Of a DNA stretch of 64,000 bases, positions 21,172 to 30,938 are shown one piece after another. Within the stretch, counting starts at the first letter, position 1, and every line of letters begins with the position of its first letter. Origin of the DNA: an uncultured virus (IMG/VR IMGVR_UViG_3300028416_000010). Its lineage: Duplodnaviria; Heunggongvirae; Uroviricota; Caudoviricetes. The notes under the pieces were generated by a model. It saw only the letters and a program-made list of their open reading frames with translations, did not search any database and was not told where the DNA came from. The stretch lies in IMG/VR virus record IMGVR_UViG_3300028416_000010. One strand, 5' to 3'. Position numbers and translations under genes: made by a program.

Positions 21172-21705
21172 CTACCACTCACTCCAATCAGCTATTGTTT
21201 TTTTGCCTTTAGAAATCCTTATAATGTTAGGCTCTAAAGTCTTTAAGGTTTCTTCTGTATCTGCATCTACATCTAGCCTGTATACTTCGTCACTATCACC
21301 ACCAATAGAAGCGTAAACCCTTTCTCCATCTTCGGTTATTCCTGCAAAACCAAAGCTATATTTGTAGTAACTGCTAAACTTTAGTTTAACATTACCATAC
21401 TTTTCGTAAATCTGTTCTTTTGTCATTTTATTGTCTTTTTTTGTTAATGTTCCGTACTAAGCCTAACACTGTACATAAGGCATTAAAACGCCCTCATGTA
21501 CTCAACGTTATGTGTAATGCTAGGGTTTTTCTAACCTCTTGTTTCTATTATATAGATTTTTCTTAATTGTGTTACTATCTTCCGTACCATTAGCTGATAT
21601 ATGATTGGATATTAAAATACCTTCCATTCTTTTAATTTGGTCAACTTCGTTTGGTATATGACCAATCCGCAGGTTATCCCATTTTTCAAGTTTACACTCT
21701 TTCAT
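21172..21705 (-). CDS. Two single-gene cassette proteins (21172-21426, 21520-21705)
   Basis: Each ORF fills one cassette body. Confidence 0.7.
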
Positions 21706-21843
21706 TTCAATTTATTTTTATCGTTAACAATCCGCACTACACACAATAACGTATATACCTCATTTTCGTACCTCAAACGGTGCATATACAAACCGTTATG
21801 GTGCAATTAAAAAAGCACATAACACAGAATATAAATAATAAAA

Positions 21844-22083
21844 TTAACTAATCACTTTTTTATCAGTCCAATTTTTTTCGCCTCTAAGAATACTTAACAT
21901 ATTCAACATATCGTCTTTATCATAAGATTCGTGGCAACCTTGTATATTAAATAAATAATCTTGCGACCACCAAGTCCAAAACAAAAAACGCTTTCGTTTC
22001 TCTATGATGTATTTTTTATTATTTCCGCCCACTGCATTATTAATAGATTCTATCAATCTATATTTTTGATTATCTTTCATCAT
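21844..22083 (-). CDS. 79-aa ORF wholly inside an attC loop
   Basis: Bounded by arms AATATAAATAATAAAATTAAC and GTTAATTTTACTATTCATATATT. Confidence 0.7.
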   Translation of the reverse strand: MMKDNQKYRLIESINNAVGGNNKKYIIEKRKRFLFWTWWSQDYLFNIQGCHESYDKDDMLNMLSILRGEKNWTDKKVIS

Positions 22084-22167
22084 CCGTTAATTTTACTATT
22101 CATATATTTTACGTTATAACCAATACTACATTATACGAACTAATTAACATTTTGTCACAAAAACTTT

Positions 22168-22467
22168 TTAATCAACGTGTTCACATCTTTCAAAAGTAAT
22201 TTCATTAAAATCTAAATTAATTTGGCATTTATGTAATTTCCATATATGGTTATTATTACTTGGAATTATGAAACCACTATTAAATAATTCATATTTTCCA
22301 TCAAACTTATTACCATCAACAACAATAAATTTAAATGGTTTCCATTTAGATTCACCAGTAAATTGTTTTGTCACATCCTCAATTATTAAAGTTGGGTTTT
22401 CATTAAATTGTATTTGGATAATAATATCACCCAAAATTAATTTACCGTTTTTTAATTCATTTATCAT
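22168..22467 (-). CDS. Cassette protein
   Basis: 99-aa ORF in the cassette body. Confidence 0.7.
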   Translation of the reverse strand: MINELKNGKLILGDIIIQIQFNENPTLIIEDVTKQFTGESKWKPFKFIVVDGNKFDGKYELFNSGFIIPSNNNHIWKLHKCQINLDFNEITFERCEHVD

Positions 22468-22839
22468 AATCTCTAATTTTATTTATAATTATTATTAAAA
22501 GTTTTTGTTTAGTATTTCAATCAAGTTTTTTCTTAAATTCACCGTACTGGTTATAACACCATATATAGTTTATAAGCCTGTTTAACATACTTTTTTAATT
22601 AGTAAGTTTTTCGTATGGCTTACAAAACCATATACTCAACGTTATACACAATATTTTTTAACAACCCATTAATTTGAGTTATCATTCTGGTTTTTAACCT
22701 CATCATCAATCATTTTATTAAGGTTTTCTTTGACCCAATCCATATTATCTGTGGAAACATTCATTTGACTTAGTTGGTTAAGTAATTCTGTTTTACTTTT
22801 TTCCATTTCTTCTTTAGTTTGTTTTTTCTTTTCCATATT

Positions 22840-23244
22840 CTATTTTATTTTTATTTCTTTACTTTTGGTATAATTTAATTTTTCACCTATTTTTATTAAT
22901 TCACCAATAATCATTGAATTTAATTTCCCATTTAACATCGCAAACGGTTCGTCACTTTTCTTAAAATTAAAACCATTATATTTAATAATTTTAGATGTTA
23001 AATGGTATATTTCATGAGTTAATGTATCAACACAAACACCGTCATCGGTTATTTTTACTAAGACATATACCAATTTTTCTTTTGGAATAAACTCACCAAT
23101 AACAATCCCATCAAAATCAATTTCACTTATTTTATAAAGTTTTTTCTTATTATGTTTTTTCTTTATCTTGTTGATTGGCTTACTTAAATCATAATCAAAA
23201 TAAATTTTAACTTTAATATCATATAATGGTATTTCTATTTTCAT
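22840..23244 (-). CDS. HExxH metallopeptidase-like cassette protein
   Basis: LTHEIYH plus a downstream E. The cassette also carries a 55-aa ORF (22669-22836) and a TATATTTG motif. Confidence 0.55.
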   Translation of the reverse strand: MKIEIPLYDIKVKIYFDYDLSKPINKIKKKHNKKKLYKISEIDFDGIVIGEFIPKEKLVYVLVKITDDGVCVDTLTHEIYHLTSKIIKYNGFNFKKSDEPFAMLNGKLNSMIIGELIKIGEKLNYTKSKEIKIK

Positions 23245-23347
23245 TTACAAATATACTAATTTATTTTTAATTTATCAATCCATTTCACAAAAATACAGTG
23301 TATAACAAATGATAAACAACATTAAAACGATTGTTTATCATCAGACG

Positions 23348-23590
23348 TTATGAGCAATGAAATTTATCATTAACCCAAATTTTAAACTTTTCTTTAAGTT
23401 CTTCCTTGCATTGCTCAGGTTGGTAATACCCGCTTATCTCACCATTAAACGTCTCATCACTTTCTAACCATCCATTATAAAAAGTTTCTGCGAGTAATGC
23501 CATTAATTTCACTTCACTGCTCATAACATCAGATATATGTAATTTTTTATCTGTGTTATTATCTTCTGTACTTTTTTTATTATTATCCAT
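23348..23590 (-). CDS. Cassette protein (starts in attC loop, stop in crossover GTTA)
   Basis: KKLHISDVMS is the translated attC arm. Confidence 0.75.
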   Translation of the reverse strand: MDNNKKSTEDNNTDKKLHISDVMSSEVKLMALLAETFYNGWLESDETFNGEISGYYQPEQCKEELKEKFKIWVNDKFHCS

Positions 23591-23674
23591 ATTATTTACG
23601 TTTTGTGTTTTGGTTTAAGAAAAACTACATATATCTGTAGCCGTTGTATGCAATTAAAAAATACATACAACACA

Positions 23675-23818
23675 TTATATAGTTAATTTTTTAACTTCCC
23701 TTTCTACTACTTTTATAGCTTCAATAACTTTATTATCTATAACTTTAGGTAAGTTACCTCTATCAAATAGCCACTCTCTATGTGCTTTTAATATAACCAT
23801 TGCTTCATATAATCTCAT
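23675..23818 (-). CDS. 47-aa ORF inside an attC loop
   Basis: MRLYEAMVILKAHREW...VKKLTI, ending in the left arm. Confidence 0.65.
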   Translation of the reverse strand: MRLYEAMVILKAHREWLFDRGNLPKVIDNKVIEAIKVVEREVKKLTI

Positions 23819-24147
23819 AATTTATATATTTTAATACGTTAAAAATCTAACCATATAACCCTACGTTATAGGTAATGCTCTTTAATTATATCCATAGCAC
23901 TCCATATTTTTTTTACTTCTGGTAATTCTCTGAACTCTTCAACTGTAAGCTCTTCTTTATCTACCATCAACTGCATCATACTCCAACTTGTATTCACCTG
24001 CAAAGTGTGGCTCAATGGGTATGCGTATAACAGTACCTAAAAAACAGTTGGTGTTATCTCCTACTTTAAGTTCGTTCCTTTCTTCTTGCTTTGTCATATC
24101 ATAAAATTTAGTGGTTGTAAATCCAACCGTTTCTTAGCTGCATCCCG

Positions 24148-24303
24148 TTAGCTGCAATAAAAAATAAGAGCTTCAAAATCACTAAAATTTATTACACCTT
24201 GCTTAACCCATCGGTACAGCATTTTTAGTTTTTCTTTTTCACTTTTCAATTCTTGTAATGTATCTACTTTTTCTTGGTATTTATATTCGTCTAGTTGTTT
24301 CAT
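24148..24303 (-). CDS. 51-aa cassette protein
   Basis: MKQLDEY...ALIFYCS; stop in crossover GTTA. Confidence 0.65.
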   Translation of the reverse strand: MKQLDEYKYQEKVDTLQELKSEKEKLKMLYRWVKQGVINFSDFEALIFYCS

Positions 24304-24436
24304 AATCTTATTTTTTAAAGTTCACTTCGTCAGCTAACAACGTGTATATTGCATAGCCTATCGGCATACGCACCATACACAATGCGTTATGTGTAAGTGT
24401 TCTATTCATAATTCTAATCAACATTTCGTTTGAAAA

Positions 24437-24847
24437 TTAAAAACCATAATGAAACCATTTATCATCATTTTGTAATTGCTCTTTTAATTGCTTGTTTATT
24501 TTCCATACTATATTTTGAGCAATAACAGAAGTTATCCCTTTAACATCAAAATCATAAGCAATTTGACCAATTGAATATACAAACATTCTCAATAATTCTC
24601 TTGGTATGTCAAATGTTATATCCATATCATTTGTGTAATTTTTACTAGAAAAGTTTATTTCATTACTTATTGGTCGCATAACTAAGTGATGTAAGTCTTC
24701 AAACCAATCCTTACTCAATCTTTCACAACCTTTTCTCATCATTGATTCAACCCAAGTACTCGATGAATTCCATTCTTCTCTTGTTAGAGAGATTTTAACT
24801 ACTTTTTCAAAGTAACTAATATTTGCAATTTTTTGTTTATAATCCAT
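24437..24847 (-). CDS. Cassette protein
   Basis: 136-aa ORF in a cassette whose attC is partly deleted. Confidence 0.7.
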   Translation of the reverse strand: MDYKQKIANISYFEKVVKISLTREEWNSSSTWVESMMRKGCERLSKDWFEDLHHLVMRPISNEINFSSKNYTNDMDITFDIPRELLRMFVYSIGQIAYDFDVKGITSVIAQNIVWKINKQLKEQLQNDDKWFHYGF

Positions 24848-24927
24848 ATGTTTTTATTTAATTTTTTTGTTCAGTTATCCGAATTAAGTTTCCACCTTCT
24901 CATACACCCATACGTTATGTGCAATAA

Positions 24928-25248
24928 TTAGCAAAACTGATAGTTTAATTCTGGCTGTAATTCCTTTATCATAATTCTCTCATTTGCCCTCGCTATTTCT
25001 TTAGTATCAAACTCCATTATAAGCACCTTGCTAAATTGTTTTGGTTTATGTTGCAACATTCGATGATACAAACTACCTGTATATCCTATGTACTTTATTT
25101 CATCATCATATACCAAAGCGTAGTTAAAATATCTCTCTCCACACTTTTTCAATTTTGTGGTTATTTGCTTTTTGCTAATTACAGTACATAACAAAGGCTC
25201 ATATTGCATAACCTTTTTTATCTCTTTTATTGATTTTTCTGGAGTCAT
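24928..25248 (-). CDS. GIY-YIG nuclease-domain cassette protein (starts in attC loop)
   Basis: FNY...KYIGYT...RMLQH...E...PELN. Confidence 0.75.
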   Translation of the reverse strand: MTPEKSIKEIKKVMQYEPLLCTVISKKQITTKLKKCGERYFNYALVYDDEIKYIGYTGSLYHRMLQHKPKQFSKVLIMEFDTKEIARANERIMIKELQPELNYQFC

Positions 25249-25678
25249 ATAGTTTTGTATTTCAATTAAATATTGTATGTAATTACCAGTTACGCAACAT
25301 AGCCAAACCGTTATCTGTAAGTGTTACGTTCATCATTCTAATTAACATTTCGGTTGGAAATTTTTAAAAAGTTATTTTTTTATAATCTCTAAATATGGCA
25401 TTGGTTTTTTCATTTTCGTAAATTTATATTAATTTAATTCATAACCATCAACAAAATAAAACTTTGGATACTTAATCGTTTTTCCATCAAAATCAAACCA
25501 ATACCACCCATCATATTCTTTTTGTGTTAAGTAACTCCAACCAGTCTTTAAATAACTTGTTTGGTGAGTTAAAATAAAGGTAACCCATTTTTGTTTATTA
25601 TTAACGTTTTCTTTTGTTTTTTTCTCGTTTGGGAATACTAACCCCATTATTTTTTTACTAACTTTACCCATCTTTATT

Positions 25679-26821
25679 TTAATTTAAAATTACATCAATA
25701 ATTTTATTCGTTATATTTCTAAAATACTCTTCATCATCACCCACTTTAGTTACCATAGCTGCGGTACCAATTCTTATACCTGATGTCTCCCAAACACCTC
25801 TAGGGTCATCTGGTATACTATTTTTATTTACAACTATATTATATTCTGATTCCAATTTGTCAGCAACTTCAGCACCTGACTTATCACCAGTATGAATTAA
25901 TATAATATGTGAATCAGTACCATCTGTTGTGATTTTAATTTCGTTTTCTTTAAGAATATCACACATATATTTCGACATCTTTATCACATTTTGTGAATAT
26001 TGAACAAAATCTGATTGTAGAGCCTCATAATAAGCCTGTGTTTTACCCGCAACTTGATTCATTAATGGTCCACCTTGTGTACCTGGAAAAACACCACTAT
26101 TTATTTTTTTACTATATTCCTCGTTATTCCAAAGAATCATACCACCTCTAGCACCTCTTAATGTTTTGTGTGTGGTAGATGTTACAAAATCAGCATAAGG
26201 TAAAGGTGAATCATATACTTTACCAGCAATTAACCCACTATAATGAGCCATATCAACCAATAGATAAGCTCCAACTGAATCAGCTATTTCTCTAAACCTT
26301 TTAAAATCTATTTGTCTTGGATAGGCAGAAGCTCCAGCAATAATTAATTTAGGTTTAACTTCTTTTGCCTTTTCCTCTATTTGATTATAATCCAACCAAC
26401 CATTAGCATCCACACCATAAAAATGGTTATCAAACCATTTACCACTGATATTGGCTGGTGAACCATGTGATAAATGTCCTCCTGATGATAAATCCATCCC
26501 CAAAATAACATCATTTGGCTTTAAGAATGCTTTAAAGATTGCTAGATTGGCATTAGCACCACTATGTGGTTGTATATTGGCGAAGTTACAATTATATAAT
26601 TTAGTAACTAACTCAATCCCATAATTCTCCAGTTCATCATAATGTTCACAACCATTATAATATCTTTTATTTGGATAACCTTCAGCGTATTTGTTAGTAA
26701 ACTCTGAACCACAATAATTCATAACTTCTCTGGATGTGAAGTTTTCTGAAGCTATAAAGTTATGCTCCATTTCTTGTCTACCCATTTCTTTGGATAGGAT
26801 TTGTCTTAATTTATTTTCCAT
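25679..26821 (-). CDS. glyA: Serine hydroxymethyltransferase
   Basis: IASEN, KYAEGYP, QPHSG, GGHLSHG, TTHKTLRG, PGTQGGP, SGIRIGT. Confidence 0.97.
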   Translation of the reverse strand: MENKLRQILSKEMGRQEMEHNFIASENFTSREVMNYCGSEFTNKYAEGYPNKRYYNGCEHYDELENYGIELVTKLYNCNFANIQPHSGANANLAIFKAFLKPNDVILGMDLSSGGHLSHGSPANISGKWFDNHFYGVDANGWLDYNQIEEKAKEVKPKLIIAGASAYPRQIDFKRFREIADSVGAYLLVDMAHYSGLIAGKVYDSPLPYADFVTSTTHKTLRGARGGMILWNNEEYSKKINSGVFPGTQGGPLMNQVAGKTQAYYEALQSDFVQYSQNVIKMSKYMCDILKENEIKITTDGTDSHIILIHTGDKSGAEVADKLESEYNIVVNKNSIPDDPRGVWETSGIRIGTAAMVTKVGDDEEYFRNITNKIIDVILN

Positions 26822-26835
26822 TTTTATTTTTTAAT

Positions 26836-26983
26836 TTGACCGACTTCAGGATTCGAACCTGTTTGTTCCATATTAGTTGACTACGTTAAGGTTATTTCCC
26901 TACTCGAGTTATTATTCCCATCAACATATTATTAGGAATAATCCTTGCGTCCAAGGACCGTGTATACCATCCACCAAGTCGGT
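26836..26983 (-). ncRNA. tRNA-like RNA with ~85-nt structured insertion in the anticodon arm
   Basis: Acceptor CCGACTT/AAGTCGG, D-arm GTG-GATGGTATA-CAC, T-arm CAGG-TTCGAAT-CCTG; insert hairpins TCCTTG/CAAGGA and TTATTCC/GGAATAA. Confidence 0.7.
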
Positions 26984-26988
26984 TATTC

Positions 26989-29514
26989 CTACATTGTCAC
27001 AAGTATATCTGTAAAATCTGTATCTTCATCTAATGTCTCAATAGGTACAGGACTCTTATCGATTATATTTTCTAATATTTGTTGTACCCATGGACTAAAC
27101 CCACACATATCATCTTTATACCCATAACCATTTTTGTTACACTTATACCAACTACCACTATGTCCTTCAAAATAGTAATAGTCTTCATCCTCTTCGACAC
27201 CAACAATACCACTATTCATTTTCCAACTATCACCGCTTGTATAACCACCTCTCCAACCAGCAAATACTTTAAAGTAAGGTTCTGATTCGTTTATTTTTAA
27301 TACTACCCATCGTTCTGGTATTTCTGTAACATTCATAATTATTCTATTTTAAATATTGTTTAACATAATCCCAAAGTGACTCAAATGAATAACAAATCGG
27401 TTCACCATTTTCATCAAAAGCTCCATATACACTTTTTGGGTTTAACATTTCTTCTTTGTTTTCAAAAGATTTATATTCACTCCAGTCTTTAGTTCCCCAA
27501 TCATTTTCGTAAATAAACCATTCAATCCATTCAACACCTTCTTCAGTAAAGAGAGTTTTTATTGTTGATTGGAACATTTTATAAATTGTAGTACATAAAT
27601 CATATTTACCTTCAAAGAAATCAAAACCCATATCATTTAATTCTGATGTTTGTCTTTGAAATTTTTGATAAGTCATTAATATTTCTAAGAAGTTTTTATA
27701 TTCCATTTTTAAAGTTCCCATATTGATTTGCGTTTATTTTTCTTTTTAAAACTAAACAATAATGCTATTTTTTGAATTAATCTTTTCATAAAACCTGTTT
27801 CTTTATTTATAATTTTTAAGAAACTCTTTGGGTATATCTTTGCTTAACCCTTTCATTATATTCTCTTTAATATATTTAATGTCTTCCTCGTCTTTAATAT
27901 CCTTAATTATTTCTCTAAACCTAATTAAGAAATCAACATTCTCGCTTTCACCATAGACATTAACTATTCTATCATGTAACCATTGTAAGTGTTCTGATTT
28001 TGTCATATCTTTTTATTTTAACTAAAATCTGTACTTGTTGATACTCTAAGGCCATCTATTTCTCTATCCACATATGATGAAGGGTTTGACATCCAAGAAT
28101 GATTTTCTCTCATATATTCTAAGTCTGCCACTCTACCATCCCATTCCAATGCCATCTGAATAAATTCTTCTGGATGCAGTTCTTCGCCATATTCATTAAC
28201 AACTCTTCTACTCCTAATAAAGTTTAATAACTCTTCTTTATTTGTGTAGTATTGGTTGTCGTTAAAGTTCCAACAAAACTTCCAACCGCTTGACCTCTTG
28301 CCTAAGTGGATTGAGTTATTACCAATGAATCTATCCCAAGGTGATAACCTATCCCACCCATCTTCATACATTCTAAAGTCGTCTTCACAAAGACCTGGAT
28401 TAGAAACATCCATAGATTTAATCTCTTCAATAAGTCTTTTTCTCTTTTCTTCTAGGTCTTCAACTTTTGGTATTGAATAGTAATTTGTTCCCATTTTTAT
28501 TAAAGTTTATTCTTTAACTGTAACAATTTCTTCCTCTTCATTATAGTTTTTTTGTCTGATAATATCGGTTTCAAATTGAAATTGGTCAGACAACACTTCT
28601 TGGCTACCATTTAAAGTAAAATCATACATATTCTCATTTAAATATTGGATAACTTCTTCTTCTGATAACCCTTGTAATTCAGTATAATCCTCGGGGTTTA
28701 ACTCAATTGTTCCGTATACCTCGTATACGTTGTAACTTTTTGCTAATCTAATTTTCATAATTTATTGTAATTTAAATATTAATATACTTCTGTAGTTTTT
28801 TTTGTGTTAAAACCACCATTCTTTCTATATGCCTCATCTACTTCACCAGATTCTAACCAAGCATTCTCTCCTTTTGTTTCTGAATCAAAAAACACTTTAT
28901 ATTCTTCTGGTTCTAATAATCTTGCTAAAGCATCTGCAACACCTTCATCTAATTCATCGTAGATATCATAGATATCAGCTTCATATGTGATGGTGTCTAA
29001 ATAATTTAAGAAATCTTCCTCCGTCTCACCTTCAAATGGATATGAGATACTTCTAAAATCTTTTGGATTTAATTCAACAACCTCTGATGATTTTGAGATT
29101 GTATAAGTTTTACATCTTCTTAATTGGTACATAATTTTATATTTTTATTATGTTTATTTTATTCATATATTGTTCAATCTTTTCTTTGTTGACCTCCTTT
29201 ATGTTATATCTATCTATTACTCTATTGGCAAACATAATATAATCTTTTTCAGTGTATTTAGATACAACATCCATACTATCAGTTGTTACCCAGCTATAAA
29301 CTTTCTTATATGTATATTTTGGTTTCATTCCAAAAAGCTTTATCCCAGGGAATACCATAAATTTCCTATATAATTCACATATAGTAATATCGTTACCAAA
29401 CCCACCTAATCTAAATTTGGTTCTAATGTCTCTACCTAATAAATCTTTAAATTCAAAATCCATAATTATATTTTTTAAATTAATACAATAATACTTATTT
29501 TTTTTTAATTTCAC
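26989..29514 (-). CDS. Run of hypothetical phage proteins (26989-27336, 27344-27721, 27803-28006, 28018-28494, 28507-28758, 28779-29132, 29137-29514)
   Basis: Contiguous minus-strand ORFs; 28507 and 28779 share an 'ELNP.D(Y/F)' motif (paralogues). Confidence 0.7.
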
Positions 29515-30202
29515 AAGGTTTTTTTTTGTTTGATGTGAAACTATACTCTTCTATAGGTTTAATCCAATTATATTTACTCATCTTTGTTTTATTTCTCGTT
29601 GTATGTAATAAGACTACTTTAGCTTTAGTGTTTCTTTTAAGTTTGCTCTTACATTTGGGTCTTTTAAGCCTTCAAGACATTGCTCTAACCAATCAGCACC
29701 ATATTTTTCAGTCATAGAATCTTCTATCCATTGTTTACCACATATAGTTTTATGATTAAATAAAAAGTTCCAAATTGTCTTTAAAGTTTCCATGTATATT
29801 TAATTTTAATTGTCTTTATTCAATTCTGATATCTTAAAGTGTAAAAAATTAGTGAAGGCACCCATTGTGGCTGAAAACCAACCACAAATGGTAAATAAAT
29901 CTTCTTTGGTTATCAATGAACATATTAAACAACTTGATGTCAATACTAAACCTAATATGTAAATATGTTTTTTCAAATTCATTTTGCTTTAATTATTGTT
30001 TCCCAATACTTTTAATCACTTCAACCATTCTTTGAAATTCTTTTTCTTTAGATTCGATTAGTTTATATTTTTCACTAAACATAAATCTCATCATTTTCAT
30101 AAATTGGTCGCTTGTTTTTAATCTAATTTCTGCATAATCATCAATTGCACTAACTAATACATCAACTCTTTCTCCTAATGTTATTTGTTTATTTTTCTAA
30201 TA

Positions 30203-30740
30203 TTATATGTAAAATCTTTTATCACTATATTTTTCGTTAAACCACCGTTCATAACCAACTCTAATTCCATTATTGAAATATTGTTTGTTCTTATCATAAA
30301 ACCTAACACCTTCAGTATTTTTCTTTATTCCATAAAAATATTTATTTATTCCAAAACCATCATTATGCATAACTGTTTTTAGTTTCATATCCAAAATTTT
30401 ATATCATTATGTATTATACTATAACCTTCAAACCAATAATACTTTGAATTTTTATGCTTATAATATCCAACAACATTATTGGATGGCTTTTTATGGAAAC
30501 AAATTTCAACAAATTTACTTCTTTCTAATCTCATATCCAAAATGTTTTGTTACGTTCATCTAATTCAAAACCAACAATTCTATCAACATCAGATGAATAG
30601 AATTGATTTAAAAATTCAACAGGTTTATTGTTAACTCTCCTAATATTCTTATACATTCGGTATCCTAAACAACTATACCATTGTTGTGGTTTATTGAAAC
30701 CCATTTCACAATTATCACCAGATTGATTTTCTAATTTCAT
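30203..30740 (-). CDS. Tandem of three 'M(R/K)L...K.F(W/Y)I' family proteins (30531-30740, 30385-30534, 30203-30388)
   Basis: ATGA-coupled; 30385-30534 is a near-duplicate of 7046-7195. Confidence 0.7.
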
Positions 30741-30938
30741 ACATAAAAATAATTTAAACGTCTAATAACATGTTAAGTTCTTCCTTTAAAACTGTCAATT
30801 CTTCTTTTGTTTCGTATCTGTAGTCTTGTTTAACCAATCAGAAATTATATTATTTGTTTTTTTCATATTTTCTTTAGTATTAATTTTATTTTTATTTATG
30901 GTGGAATATACGAACAGATGATTAATCATTTCTGTCTA

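Larger units (their letters stand above)
17164..25316 (+). mobile_element. Integron-like gene cassette array 1 (~21 attC-like sites)
   Basis: attC-like AAC...GTT hairpins at about 17186-17396, 17618-17750, 17975-18103, 18358-18479, 18624-18675, 18835-18966, 19170-19221, 19935-20063, 20262-20314, 21035-21165, 21461-21513, 21741-21801, 21817-22119, 22551-22647, 23300-23353, 23521-23649, 23665-23871, 24025-24153, 24332-24392, a remnant ending 24920, and 25186-25316. Confidence 0.9.

Noticed and set aside
17164..25316. CRISPR array interpretation of the recurring AAC/GTT repeats
   Set aside because: Repeats are divergent hairpins of 52-300 bp separated by whole genes, not identical repeats with uniform spacers; no cas genes are present.
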